Positions 37,723-47,534 of a stretch of 64,000 nt of DNA are shown in pieces; within the stretch, counting starts at the first letter, position 1; each line of letters begins with the position of its first letter. Location: assembly GCA_963730185.1 (NCBI GenBank), contig CAVSQW010000012.1, positions 288,001 to 352,000 on the forward strand, in the 5' to 3' direction. The position numbers were made by a program, and so were the translations under genes. The notes under the pieces were generated by a model. The model was not told the DNA's origin and searched no databases. It worked only from the letters and a program-made list of their open reading frames with translations. The stretch is from an uncultured Gemmatimonadales bacterium (GTDB lineage Bacteria; Gemmatimonadota; Gemmatimonadetes; Gemmatimonadales; GWC2-71-9).

Positions 37723-40320
37723 ATGATCGTGCGCCTCCCTGGGCGACTCCTTGCGGCCGCCTTTCCGATCGTCGTCGTGGCCGGCTGCGCCCTCGAGACC
37801 AGTCTCTCGCTGCCGCCGTCGTTCTCGGTTTCCAATACGGCCGTGACCATCGCCACCAACGTGGGCGGCGGGGCCTCGAGTGAGAACATCACGATCGTCA
37901 ACGCGACCGATGGGACGCTCCAGGGGCTCGCGGCCGTGGTGAGCTACGCCGAAGGGCAGCCCGGCAACTGGCTCACCGCGACCATCGATCGACCAACGGC
38001 GACTCGCGATCAACCCGCCACGCTGACCCTTCAGGCCACACCGGGCAGCCTGGCGGAAGGTGGCTATCAGGCCATCGTCAAGCTGAGCGCCCAGAACGCC
38101 CGCAACGACAACGGCATCGGCTTCGTCGAGATCACCGTCACCCTGCAAGTCCAGCCTCCCCCGGCCTCGTCGATCGCGATCGTCACCCAACCGTCGGGGC
38201 AGGTTGGAAACGGCTCCCTCCTGGCCCAGCAACCCGTGCTCCAGCTCCGGAACTCGGCGGGCGCGAACGCGCCGGTGGCCGGCGTGGTGATCACCGCGGC
38301 GGTGACCGAGGCCGGGAGCCAGCTGCAAGGCACGCTGGCCGTCGCGACCGACGCCCAGGGCGTCGCCCGGTTCACGGACCTCGGCCTCCTGGGGACGATC
38401 GGGACTTACACCCTGACGTTTTCGTCGCCCAATCTGACCACGGCGACCACCGGACCGGTCACGCTGACCGCCGGTCCGGCGACGGCGGTCGAGGCCGTGT
38501 CGTCGGTGCTGCAGGCGGCGGCGGTCGGGACGCTGGTGGCGGAGCCGCCGAGCGTTCGAGTGATCGACCAGTCGGGGAATCCAGTCAGTGGCTTCGCCGT
38601 ATCCTTCGGGGTGAGCGCCGGCGGGTCGATCACCCCGACCGGCACCCTCACCAGCGCTGGGCAGACCGGGTTAGCAACCCTGACCTCCTGGCGGCTGAGC
38701 CCGACCGCCGGGGCGAATACCGTGACGGCCTCGGCGACCGGCCTTCAGGGCAGCCCCGTCGTCTTTACCGCGTCCGGCACCTCCGGCGCCGCCACGGTCC
38801 TTACCAAACAGTCCGGTGACAACCTCACGGGCCTGGTGGGCACGACCCTCGCGACCCCGCACGTGGTTCGGGTTGCCGACGGCAATGGCAACGGGGTGGC
38901 CGGCGTGACCATCAACTGGACCGTGACGGGAGGCGGAACGGTGAGCCCGTCGACCTCGGTGACCGACATTGACGGTCTCGCCTCGGCGACGCGAACGTTG
39001 GGCCCGACGGCGGGACCGGCCACGACCATCGCCTCGGCCACCCTCAACGGGATTCCGGTCAGCACCACCTTCGCCGTCACGGGCGTGACCTCGGCACCGA
39101 CCGACATCGTGAAGATCGCCGGCGACGCCCAGACCGGCGGGATCGGCGCCACCTTGCCCACGCCCCTGACAGTCGAGGTGCGCGACGCCAACGGCGCTCC
39201 CGTCTCGAACATCACCGTCACCTTCACTACGACCACGCCCGGCGGCAGCTTCCCGTCCGGGGCGGTGGTCCAGACCGACGCGGCAGGTCAGGCGAGCGCC
39301 ACTTGGCGGCTGGGTAATCAAGTCGGCACTCAGACGGCCCAGGCTGCGGTCGGCGGCCCGGCGCCAGCCGTCTTCACCGCCACGGCGGAGGCCGGGTCGG
39401 TGAGCGCGACGCTCTCGACCGTGGCCGCGGCGCCGATCACGATCACCGCGGGAGGTGCGCCCGCGGTCATCACGGTGACGGCGAAGGACGCGGCCGGGAA
39501 CCCGGTGAGCGGGGCCGCCGTCACCTTGGCGGTCGCCGGACCGGGCACCCTGACCCAGCCAACCAGCCCAACCGATGCCACCGGCCAAACCACCGGCCAG
39601 CTCACGTCGACGGTGTCCGGCAGCGCAGTGGTGACCGCGACCGCCAGCGGGGTCGACATCGCCCAGTCGTCGACCATCATGATCCAGGCCGGGGCACCCA
39701 CCAAGGCGGTCGCGACCTCCGCGCTGACTCAGCCGGCCCGGTTCGGGCAGCCGGTGAGCGACCTGCCGGGCGTGTTGGTCACCGACCAGTACGACAACCC
39801 GGTCCCGAACGTCTCGGTGAGCTTCTTCGTCACGCAGGGTTCGAGCGCTGCTCTGCCGAGTCAGATCAAGACCAACGCCAACGGCGTCGCCCGGGTTGGA
39901 GCCTGGGTGCTCGATCCATACTCGAGCCAGGTACAGAGCGCCATCAACGTCTACAACCGACTGACCGCGACCGTCGCGGGAGCCGGCATCACCGGCGGCA
40001 CCATGACGTTCCTGGCGCTCGTCAACGTCTTCCATGACGCCGATCTCCAGGAGATCTGGAACGACAAGTGCATCTCCTGTCACGACAATACCCAGCAGCC
40101 CGACCTACGCGCCGGCCACAATGCCTACGCCACACTGGTCGGAGCCGCAAACCAGCTCTACGTCGTCCCCGGTGATTCGGTGACCCGCACCGCCAACAAG
40201 AACAAGCTTCTCTACTGGCCCAGCGGCCTGAACGGGGCCGGCCACTCGGGTGGATCCATGGCCAACAACCTGCTCACGATCGTTGCCGCGTGGATCGCCC
40301 AGGGCGCGCCGCGCAACTAA
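37723..40320 (+). CDS. Ig-like (Big_1/invasin-type) repeat lipoprotein with C-terminal c-type cytochrome domain
   Basis: Lipobox VAGC, repeated D.NGNPV.G..V.F and TDA.G.A motifs, and CISCH...VVPGD...AWIAQGA. Confidence 0.82.
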   Translation: MIVRLPGRLLAAAFPIVVVAGCALETSLSLPPSFSVSNTAVTIATNVGGGASSENITIVNATDGTLQGLAAVVSYAEGQPGNWLTATIDRPTATRDQPATLTLQATPGSLAEGGYQAIVKLSAQNARNDNGIGFVEITVTLQVQPPPASSIAIVTQPSGQVGNGSLLAQQPVLQLRNSAGANAPVAGVVITAAVTEAGSQLQGTLAVATDAQGVARFTDLGLLGTIGTYTLTFSSPNLTTATTGPVTLTAGPATAVEAVSSVLQAAAVGTLVAEPPSVRVIDQSGNPVSGFAVSFGVSAGGSITPTGTLTSAGQTGLATLTSWRLSPTAGANTVTASATGLQGSPVVFTASGTSGAATVLTKQSGDNLTGLVGTTLATPHVVRVADGNGNGVAGVTINWTVTGGGTVSPSTSVTDIDGLASATRTLGPTAGPATTIASATLNGIPVSTTFAVTGVTSAPTDIVKIAGDAQTGGIGATLPTPLTVEVRDANGAPVSNITVTFTTTTPGGSFPSGAVVQTDAAGQASATWRLGNQVGTQTAQAAVGGPAPAVFTATAEAGSVSATLSTVAAAPITITAGGAPAVITVTAKDAAGNPVSGAAVTLAVAGPGTLTQPTSPTDATGQTTGQLTSTVSGSAVVTATASGVDIAQSSTIMIQAGAPTKAVATSALTQPARFGQPVSDLPGVLVTDQYDNPVPNVSVSFFVTQGSSAALPSQIKTNANGVARVGAWVLDPYSSQVQSAINVYNRLTATVAGAGITGGTMTFLALVNVFHDADLQEIWNDKCISCHDNTQQPDLRAGHNAYATLVGAANQLYVVPGDSVTRTANKNKLLYWPSGLNGAGHSGGSMANNLLTIVAAWIAQGAPRN

Positions 40321-40336
40321 CCTGAAGAGGCTCTCG

Positions 40337-41629
40337 ATGATGTCCCGCTTCGCATTGACCCTCGTCCTCTCCGTCGCCGCGGTTTCGACCGCGGCCGCTC
40401 AGGGCCTTCGCGACAAGGTCACCGACCTCTTTCGCTTCGGCGGAGGGTGCACTGACCCGGTCTGCCTCTCGGTCGACGGCACCCACGGTGAGCACTTCAA
40501 TCCCGCGGCCCGAACCGGCGGCAACAACCTGATCGGCTTCCTGACCGAGGCCATCGGCGCCAGCATCGCGAACATCCCGCTCAGCGCGGCGTCGGGCGGC
40601 GCCATCTGGGGCCGGAGCCCCGACGGGCTCCCGATCCGGACCGCGACGTCGGCCGGGCCGATCTTCGCCGAGCGGGGACAAACCCTGGGGCGGGGCCGGA
40701 TGCTCTTCGCGATGAACTTCAACCGGCTCGACTACCGCTCTCTCCGGGGGATTCCGCTGGACGGGCTCGTGACCACCTTCCCGCACCAGGACACCAACGG
40801 GGACGGCCTGGACACACCCGCCTTCGAGAGCGACGTGATCGAGGTCAGGACCACACTCAACATCAACGTCTCGGCCGTGACGCCCGTGCTGACCTACGGC
40901 CTGACCGATCACATCGACCTGAGCGTGGCGGTCCCCCTAGTCCGGACCTCACTTTCGGGCGAGAGTGAAGCGCAGATCATTCCCTTCTCCAATCCGACGC
41001 CCCACTACTTCGGGACGGCGGCCAACCCGCTGCTCCGCTCGACCGCCGGGGCTTCGGGCTCGGCCTCGGGCATCGGGGACATCGCGGTGCGGCTCAAGGC
41101 CTCGCTGGTGGCGAACCAGAAGGGCGCCTTCGCCCTGCTCGGTGACGTCCGCTTGCCGACCGGCAAGGAGGAGGATTTCCTGGGCGTGGGTGCCACCTCG
41201 TACAGCGTACTCGGCATCGGCTCGCTCCGGGCCGGCAACTTCTCGCCCCACTTGAACGGCGGCTACCTGCATCGGGGCGGCGCCTCCCAGAACGACGCCA
41301 TCCTGGCCACCCTGGGCTTCGATCACCTGATGGGCCCGGGCGCGACCCTCGCGTTCGACCTGATCACCGCTTGGCAGATCGGCGACAACAAGATCGAGTT
41401 TCCGCCCCCGGTCGAGGTCACGGCCAGCGTCGGTCCGGCCGCGGCGGTTCGGGTGGTTCACCAGACCAACATCCCGAACCGCAAGGACAACGTGATGATG
41501 GGGTCGCTCGGCGGGAAGGTGAGCGTGGGGCCGGGCTTCAGCCTGGTGGGGAACGCCCTGGTGCCACTCAATCAGGGCGGGTTGCAGCCGGGCGTGGCCT
41601 GGACGCTGGGCTTCGAGTACAGCTTCTGA
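40337..41629 (+). CDS. outer-membrane beta-barrel protein (transporter-like)
   Basis: Signal peptide, SGIGDIAVRLK, LPTGKEEDFLG and a terminal LGFEYSF. Confidence 0.8.
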   Translation: MMSRFALTLVLSVAAVSTAAAQGLRDKVTDLFRFGGGCTDPVCLSVDGTHGEHFNPAARTGGNNLIGFLTEAIGASIANIPLSAASGGAIWGRSPDGLPIRTATSAGPIFAERGQTLGRGRMLFAMNFNRLDYRSLRGIPLDGLVTTFPHQDTNGDGLDTPAFESDVIEVRTTLNINVSAVTPVLTYGLTDHIDLSVAVPLVRTSLSGESEAQIIPFSNPTPHYFGTAANPLLRSTAGASGSASGIGDIAVRLKASLVANQKGAFALLGDVRLPTGKEEDFLGVGATSYSVLGIGSLRAGNFSPHLNGGYLHRGGASQNDAILATLGFDHLMGPGATLAFDLITAWQIGDNKIEFPPPVEVTASVGPAAAVRVVHQTNIPNRKDNVMMGSLGGKVSVGPGFSLVGNALVPLNQGGLQPGVAWTLGFEYSF

Positions 41630-41655
41630 GCCAACCGAGCGGCGAGGCCGAATGG

Positions 41656-41693
41656 ACAATGGGCCCGACGGATGATCCCGTCGGGCCCATTGT
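41656..41693. terminator. probable bidirectional terminator between convergent genes
   Basis: Perfect 16-bp stem ACAATGGGCCCGACGG / CCGTCGGGCCCATTGT with a 6-nt loop. Confidence 0.8.
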
Positions 41694-41737
41694 TCGTTCG
41701 GGCCTCGAGGGCCGGGTTCGGTCCGGCCTGCCGCCGG

Positions 41738-42076
41738 TCAGACGAAGTCGCGCCGGTCGAGGTTCGGGAAGACGACAGTGCAGGTGCCAGGGTTGATGCC
41801 CTCGATTCGGACCCGACCGTTGACGTCGAGCGTGCCCTCGATCGGCGTCATCCCGGGAGGGGTGACGATGAATCGCTGGTAGGGCACCGGCTTCTGGTCG
41901 GGATCGAGCAGCTCGATCCCGACAAAGGTTTCGGCCTTGGTCGGGTCCACCATGATCACGGACCGGGGCGGCGGGCCATCCGCCGGCGGGGCGGGCGTCG
42001 AGTCCGGCGGTAGCGGCTCGAACCGACAGGGTGCGCAGCCCCCCATCGCGTCGACCTGACCTGGCTCGAGATTCAT
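41738..42076 (-). CDS. stand-alone transthyretin-like (PAAR-adaptor type) domain protein
   Basis: IELLDPDQKPVPYQRF...GTLDVNGRVRIEGINPGTCTVVFPNLD is paralogous to the PAAR protein's middle domain. Confidence 0.7.
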   Translation of the reverse strand: MNLEPGQVDAMGGCAPCRFEPLPPDSTPAPPADGPPPRSVIMVDPTKAETFVGIELLDPDQKPVPYQRFIVTPPGMTPIEGTLDVNGRVRIEGINPGTCTVVFPNLDRRDFV

Positions 42077-42622
42077 CGGCGAACCACCAGTGGGGCGGCG
42101 GTCGGCGTCCGGCCCGACGGAGCGGCCGGACCGGGGGCGAGGACCTGAAGGCCGTAGGTGTCCGGGTCAGTCACCGCGAACGCACGCACCGGGCCGAAGG
42201 TCTCCTCGATTTGAGACTTGGTGCCGACGGCCAGGAACTTGGGCAGGACCCGCGGATCGTAAAACCGGAAGTACCAGGACTCGCCGTTCGGCGCGTCGAC
42301 CACAGCAACCGTCTGAAGTGCTTCCGCAGCTCCTCGAGCGAGACGTCGGTGAGGGCGAACACCCCCAGGGCGCGGCCCAGAGATCCGCGGTGATCCAGTC
42401 CAAGGTCAAGGGATCGACCTTGCACAGGTACGGGGCGATCGCCCAGAGCTCCTCCTCGGCCCGACCCTGGTAGAGCGAGACCGCCCGGGTCGCGCCCAGC
42501 TGTCGCATCTTCAGAGGGACCGCGACGACGCCGGTGGCATCGATGACCGCGAAGAGGCGACCCCGGTCAGCCCACTCGCGGGCCTGCAGGACCGACGCCG
42601 ACCTCTGGTGCACTTCAGGCAT
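42073..42622 (-). pseudogene. DUF4123 T6SS effector chaperone, two frameshifts
   Basis: LFAVIDA, SLYQG..APYL, PWG|VF, LRKHFRRLL|V and YFRFYDPRVL are spread over three frames. Shifts near 42364 and 42303. Confidence 0.85.
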
Positions 42623-42766
42623 GGCTGGAGAATAAGGGCCGGAAACGGGTTCGGCCAGGCGACCAGGAACGGTCCCGGGCGCCCTGGACAGCCCGCCGCG
42701 TCGCATGGAGATTGGAGGCGGAAGTGCGACTCCGCACCGCCCCTCGAGGAACCGAGCCCGAACCTC

Positions 42767-43687
42767 ATGTCGCAACCCGCGGCCCGCCTGACGGACATGC
42801 ACGTCTGCCCGATGCAGACGCCGGCGGTCGTGCCCATTCCTCACGTCGGCGGCCCGATCACTGGGCCGGGCCAGCCCCAAGTGCTGATTGGCGGCTTGCC
42901 GGCGGCTCGGGTGGGTGATTTCTGCGTCTGCGTTGGCCCGCCGGCCCCGATCGCCATGGGGTCGTTCACGGTACTGATCGGCGGCAAGCCCGCCGCACGG
43001 GTCGGTGACATGACCGGGCACGGCGGAACCATCATGCCGCCCGGCTGCCCGACCGTGCTCATCGGCGATGCGGGCGGCGGGGCCGGGGGCCCGGCCGGCT
43101 TCACGATGGCGGGCGCCAGAGCGAGCGGAGCCGCCTTCACCCGCACGACCTGTCCGGCCGAAGGGGCGATGGCGGCCGCGGCCGGCTCGCCCCTGCTGGC
43201 GACTGGCGATCCCGAAAAGAAGAGCTGGATCGAGATCGAGTTGGTGGACCAGAAGGGGAAGCCCGTGCCCCACGAGCGGTACCGGGTGGTGCCGCCGGGC
43301 GCGAAACCGAGGGAGGGATTCCTCGACGATCAGGGCTTCGCTCGAATCGGCGGGATCGACCCCGGAACCTGCCAGATCACGTTCCCGAACCTCGATGCGG
43401 CCAGCTGGAAGCCGGAGAAGGGCGACCCGGGGCACGCCGTGACGTCGGTCCCGGTCTCGACCTACCACCCGTCGGTCGGACCGGTGGCGGCGCGCCCGTC
43501 GCACGTCGGGCGTCCCTCGGTGGGCCCGGTCAAAGTTCAGGTGGTGGTTCTCCAGCGTCCCTCGGTGGGCGCAGTCACGGTTCAGGTGGCATCCCTCCGG
43601 CGACCGTCGGTCGGGTTCGTCACGGTCCGGGTGGCGAGTTTCCAACGGCCCTCGGTTGGACCGGTAAGCGTGCGCAACGTCGGCTGA
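42767..43687 (+). CDS. PAAR protein with TTR-like domain and C-terminal 15-aa repeats
   Basis: Three PAAR motifs with His/Cys ligands (PAARLTDMHVCP, PAARVGD twice). Confidence 0.92.
   Translation: MSQPAARLTDMHVCPMQTPAVVPIPHVGGPITGPGQPQVLIGGLPAARVGDFCVCVGPPAPIAMGSFTVLIGGKPAARVGDMTGHGGTIMPPGCPTVLIGDAGGGAGGPAGFTMAGARASGAAFTRTTCPAEGAMAAAAGSPLLATGDPEKKSWIEIELVDQKGKPVPHERYRVVPPGAKPREGFLDDQGFARIGGIDPGTCQITFPNLDAASWKPEKGDPGHAVTSVPVSTYHPSVGPVAARPSHVGRPSVGPVKVQVVVLQRPSVGAVTVQVASLRRPSVGFVTVRVASFQRPSVGPVSVRNVG
43469..43684 (+). repeat. five ~45-nt repeats encoding PSVGxVxVxVxxxxR
   Basis: PSVGPVAARPSHVGR, PSVGPVKVQVVVLQR, PSVGAVTVQVASLRR, PSVGFVTVRVASFQR and PSVGPVSVRNVG. Confidence 0.85.
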
Positions 43688-43705
43688 TCAGCCGGGAGCG
43701 AACAC

Positions 43706-44134
43706 ATGGCGGAGCGGATCAAGGCGAAAGTGGGCGACACGGTGGAGACCTCGTTCAACCTGGCCTACAAGAAGGCCGAGGTGGCGCGGCTGCCGGACCG
43801 CAGCCAGTACGAGGCCATCGACTTCGTGATGTTCTGCGAAGCGGGCGGCAGGGAGTTCCTCGGGTCGGGGCTCCAGGCCAGCGTGGGCAACCACATCGTA
43901 TGTACCGTGCGGGAAGTGACCCAGGACGACCAGCCGGTGACGGCGCAGTGGGACTTCACCGCCTCGCCGTCCGAGAGTCCGGACTTCTTCAAGACCGGTG
44001 ATCTCTGGCAGCTCTACCTGGCCTACGTCGAGAAAGGTGGCTCGCCTCCGGGTGACCTCCATTCGCCCCGGGTCCACCTGCTGGCCGAGGTCGAGCTGGT
44101 AGCCGCCGATCCCGCATCGGGCACCAAGGCGTAA
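43706..44134 (+). CDS. hypothetical protein
   Basis: 142 aa with GGGAG RBS, co-oriented in the PAAR operon. Confidence 0.7.
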   Translation: MAERIKAKVGDTVETSFNLAYKKAEVARLPDRSQYEAIDFVMFCEAGGREFLGSGLQASVGNHIVCTVREVTQDDQPVTAQWDFTASPSESPDFFKTGDLWQLYLAYVEKGGSPPGDLHSPRVHLLAEVELVAADPASGTKA

Positions 44135-44137
44135 CCC

Positions 44138-44785
44138 GTGTCGGACGACAAGGTAACCCCGACCGATCACGCCCTTCGTCCCGGGGACCACCTGAGCCGA
44201 GTGGCGGGAACCTATCGGTTCCGCTCGTACGGCCCGCTCTGGAACGACGCCGCCAACGCCGCGTTCCGCCAGCGCCGACCCAACCCTCACATCCTCGCCG
44301 CCGGCGAGTCGGTCCACGTCCCCGAACTCAACCTCCGCGAAGTGGACCGCGCCACCGAGGCCCGCCATCGCTTCCGGGTCGAGCTCCACCCGCTGGTCGT
44401 TCGGCTGGCTCGAAAGCACTGGGACGGGACGCTCGACGACCGGGCGCCGGCCGAGGTGCGCCTCGACGACAAGCCGGTCGCAGCGGACCCCGGCGGTCCC
44501 GGCGAGCTGGCGGTGCCGGTCGGGACCCTGGACGACCGGCTCACGATCCGGGTCGACGACGCCGAGCTGACCGCCCGGATCGGCTTCCTCCAGCCAATCG
44601 ACACCCTGGCCGGAGTCCGGGACCGGCTCACCAACCTCGGCTATCGCGCCGGCGACGCCGACCGCCCCGACGTCCCCGGCTTCCGCTCGGCGGTCGAGGA
44701 GTTCCAGTGCGACCATGGTCTCGTCGTCGACGGCAAGGTCGGCCCCGTGACCCGGGCGGCGCTGGTGAAGGCGCACGGCTGCTGA
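44138..44785 (+). CDS. LysM-like N-term / peptidoglycan-binding domain protein (cassette 1)
   Basis: HALRPGDHLSRVA...PNPHILAAGE and RLTNLGY...AVEEFQCDHGLVVDGKVGPVT. Confidence 0.8.
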   Translation: MSDDKVTPTDHALRPGDHLSRVAGTYRFRSYGPLWNDAANAAFRQRRPNPHILAAGESVHVPELNLREVDRATEARHRFRVELHPLVVRLARKHWDGTLDDRAPAEVRLDDKPVAADPGGPGELAVPVGTLDDRLTIRVDDAELTARIGFLQPIDTLAGVRDRLTNLGYRAGDADRPDVPGFRSAVEEFQCDHGLVVDGKVGPVTRAALVKAHGC

Positions 44786-46012
44786 ATGCCAGAGGATTTC
44801 CTCGCCGTCGCGCCGACCGACGTCGCCACCGAGCACAACACGATCAAGGCCCCGCTGGCGCCGGTGGCGGTCTGGGAGCTGACCGACGCGCACTTCGCGT
44901 TCGACTCGTCGGTGCTGCTGCCGTCGATGACCCTCGAGCTGGCGGAGTTGATCGCGATCGTCAAGACTCTCCCCGGCACCTTGCTGTCGGTGTTCGGTCA
45001 TACGGACACCACCGGCAACGACGACTACAACAAAGTGCTCGCCGGGCGTCGCGCAATGGCACTGTATGCGCTGCTGACGAGAGAGGTCGACCTCTGGGAC
45101 CGCCTCTTCACCCATCCGCACGGCGGTGACGACTGGCGCCGAGAGCACGAGTTCTCCCTGGCGCTGATGCGCGACGCCATCGGTCCGGAGGCGAGCGGAT
45201 TGACCCGGCGCCCCCTCTTCCAGCGCTTCATGACGCTCCTCGCCCGGGATCCCGCCGGGAAGTCCTTCGGACTCCCGAAGCGGGCCTTTCTGGGCAAGGG
45301 CGCCGACGCCAAGGGCAGGGGCGACTTTCAGGGATGCGGCGAGTTCAACCCGCTCCGGATCTTCTCCCAGGCGGAGCTGGCCGCCTTTCGGGACCCCGCC
45401 GCGAAGGAGACCCGCGACGCAGAGGGCGCGATCAATCGGCGCGTCTCGGTGTTCTTCTTTCCGGCCGACACCAAGATCTCGGTCCCGAAATGGCCCTGCC
45501 CGCGGGCCCTGGAGGGGACCGCGGCGTGTCGGAAGCGGTTCTGGTCCGACCACGCCGCGCGCCGCCGGCCCGGCGAGCGCCGACGGGAGGAGCCGGGCGA
45601 CGCCGACACTTTCGGCTGCCGGTTCTACGACCGAATCGCCATCGACGCCGCGCGACACGGCAAGACTTCGTCGTTCGGGCGTCTGGTGGTTCGAGCGGAG
45701 TCGGTCTTGCCTTCGGTCAGCAAGCGCGAGCTGGTGGTGCTCGATCCGGCCGGCAAGCTTCTGGGCTCGGCGGTGTTGAATCCCGAGACCAAGCCGGGGG
45801 CGCCACCACCCCCACCCCAACCCGCCCAGATCGTGCTCAAGCCGCCCTTCGGACCGGGCGAGCATCGGATCGAGCGGCGGACGGCTGGTGAGGCGGAGGC
45901 GGCCCCGGTTCGGATGGATTTCCAGGCGTTGATCGGCGCCGTCCTGCGGGAGCGGGACAAGTTCTCGCCTCCAGAGGTCGTTGCCCCGTCGACCGCGAAG
46001 CCGGCCTCGTAA
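44786..46012 (+). CDS. OmpA-like domain protein without signal peptide (cassette 1)
   Basis: FAFDSS, GHTDTTGNDDYNKVLAGRRA and NRRVSVFF motifs. Confidence 0.8.
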   Translation: MPEDFLAVAPTDVATEHNTIKAPLAPVAVWELTDAHFAFDSSVLLPSMTLELAELIAIVKTLPGTLLSVFGHTDTTGNDDYNKVLAGRRAMALYALLTREVDLWDRLFTHPHGGDDWRREHEFSLALMRDAIGPEASGLTRRPLFQRFMTLLARDPAGKSFGLPKRAFLGKGADAKGRGDFQGCGEFNPLRIFSQAELAAFRDPAAKETRDAEGAINRRVSVFFFPADTKISVPKWPCPRALEGTAACRKRFWSDHAARRRPGERRREEPGDADTFGCRFYDRIAIDAARHGKTSSFGRLVVRAESVLPSVSKRELVVLDPAGKLLGSAVLNPETKPGAPPPPPQPAQIVLKPPFGPGEHRIERRTAGEAEAAPVRMDFQALIGAVLRERDKFSPPEVVAPSTAKPAS

Positions 46013-46016
46013 CGCC

Positions 46017-47534
46017 GTGGCCAAGAAGCCGCTCGACGTTCTCCTCTTCGAGGCGCTGATCAACCAGCGACGTGACGATGGGACCTGGCTGGTGGTCCCG
46101 ACCAGCGACGTCGCCTTCGAGGTGTCCCTCGACGACGGCGTCAGCTTCCAGCCAGTCGAACGGAGCGGCATCCCTTTCGTTCCGGATTTCTTCCGGCTGC
46201 CCTCCGGCCCACGGCCGATTCAGTATCTGGTCCGGGCGACGCCGACATCGTCCCAGCTCTGGCCGGTGGCGTGCCGGTTCACCCTCGGCCCGGACGGCGG
46301 CACCTTCGCTCGGGACGGATCGGAGAAGGGGAACCCGGTGATCGAGCCGGGGGCCTGGCCGATGCCGGTGCGGACGTCGCTGGAGGACAGCTCGATTCTC
46401 GCCGCGTTCGGCTTCGGTAACGCCACCCTCATCCACCACGTCGCCCACCTCTCCCGAGTTCGGGACGCCAGCGATCAGGCCCTGGCGCTGATCAACGAAG
46501 GCAAGCCGATCGACCACCCCGACGACTGGCTCGCCAGCTGGAACCAGGGTACCCCCGCCCGATCACATCTGGGGCGGAACCCGTTGGTGGCCGACCGCAA
46601 GCTGTTGCTCGAGGAGGGGCCGGTCCGGTTCTTCGCTCAGGAGGTCGCCATTCTGGAGATCGCGGACGCTCCGGTGCCGTTGGTGGCGGTGTCCTGGTCA
46701 GCCGGAGTGCTGCGGGGCGGGACGCCGACTCCGTTCCTGGTCTACATCCACCCGGATCACGGTCAGAACGTCGACTACTACGGAGGGCAGCCATATCCCG
46801 GCCCGCGCTATCTGTACTCGGTCGGGTTCCGCAATCTGTTTCACGAGAGCGACCCCCTGGTGGCGCCCAACGGATCCAAGGGCCTCACCACCCAAGTCGC
46901 GGCCGCGGCCAAGGCCGCGGTCGTCGTGGTGCCCATCGCCCGGTTGGGGAATCATCTCGGGCCCCTCGCGGACGCCACCGTGATGGAGCAGGTGCTGCGG
47001 GAGATCCAGACCTTCTTCTATCACCGGGCCGACGACAGCCCACCGCCGCAGCTGGGCCGGGTGGCGCTGTCCGCCTACAGCAACGGCGCCGGGATCCACT
47101 TGAATGCGTTCCTCCAGAAGAACCAGCGGCACCCGTTCCTGGCCAACCTGGTTCGCGAGCTGTACCTGATGGATCCGAGAATGAACGACGAAGCGTTGGT
47201 GAACGCGGTGATCGCCTGGTCACGGACCGGCCAGGCCGCTGACAAGCGGATCCGGGTGTACCTGGGGGCCCGGCACGCCGAGTTCCTGAGAGTGATCGGG
47301 GCCGGCGGTTTCACGCTGTCGCCTGGGCTCCAGAGCACTCCCGACGGTCGGCGAAGCGTCGCCCTGATGGAGGGGAGCTCGTGGATCGCCGCGGCACGCC
47401 GAGAGGGTGCGTCCAAGGAGGTGGCCCAGGGGTTCGCCTTCTGGGGCACCGTCCATGAGGCGATCCCCGGGACGATGTTCACCCATGCACTGCTAAACAG
47501 CGGGTTCGAGGAGGCGTTCGATCTCGGTTTCTAG
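46017..47534 (+). CDS. hypothetical protein, alpha/beta-hydrolase-like C-terminal half (putative effector)
   Basis: VALSAYSNGAG nucleophile-elbow-like motif, LYLMD and a late His (HEAIP). Confidence 0.55.
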   Translation: MAKKPLDVLLFEALINQRRDDGTWLVVPTSDVAFEVSLDDGVSFQPVERSGIPFVPDFFRLPSGPRPIQYLVRATPTSSQLWPVACRFTLGPDGGTFARDGSEKGNPVIEPGAWPMPVRTSLEDSSILAAFGFGNATLIHHVAHLSRVRDASDQALALINEGKPIDHPDDWLASWNQGTPARSHLGRNPLVADRKLLLEEGPVRFFAQEVAILEIADAPVPLVAVSWSAGVLRGGTPTPFLVYIHPDHGQNVDYYGGQPYPGPRYLYSVGFRNLFHESDPLVAPNGSKGLTTQVAAAAKAAVVVVPIARLGNHLGPLADATVMEQVLREIQTFFYHRADDSPPPQLGRVALSAYSNGAGIHLNAFLQKNQRHPFLANLVRELYLMDPRMNDEALVNAVIAWSRTGQAADKRIRVYLGARHAEFLRVIGAGGFTLSPGLQSTPDGRRSVALMEGSSWIAAARREGASKEVAQGFAFWGTVHEAIPGTMFTHALLNSGFEEAFDLGF

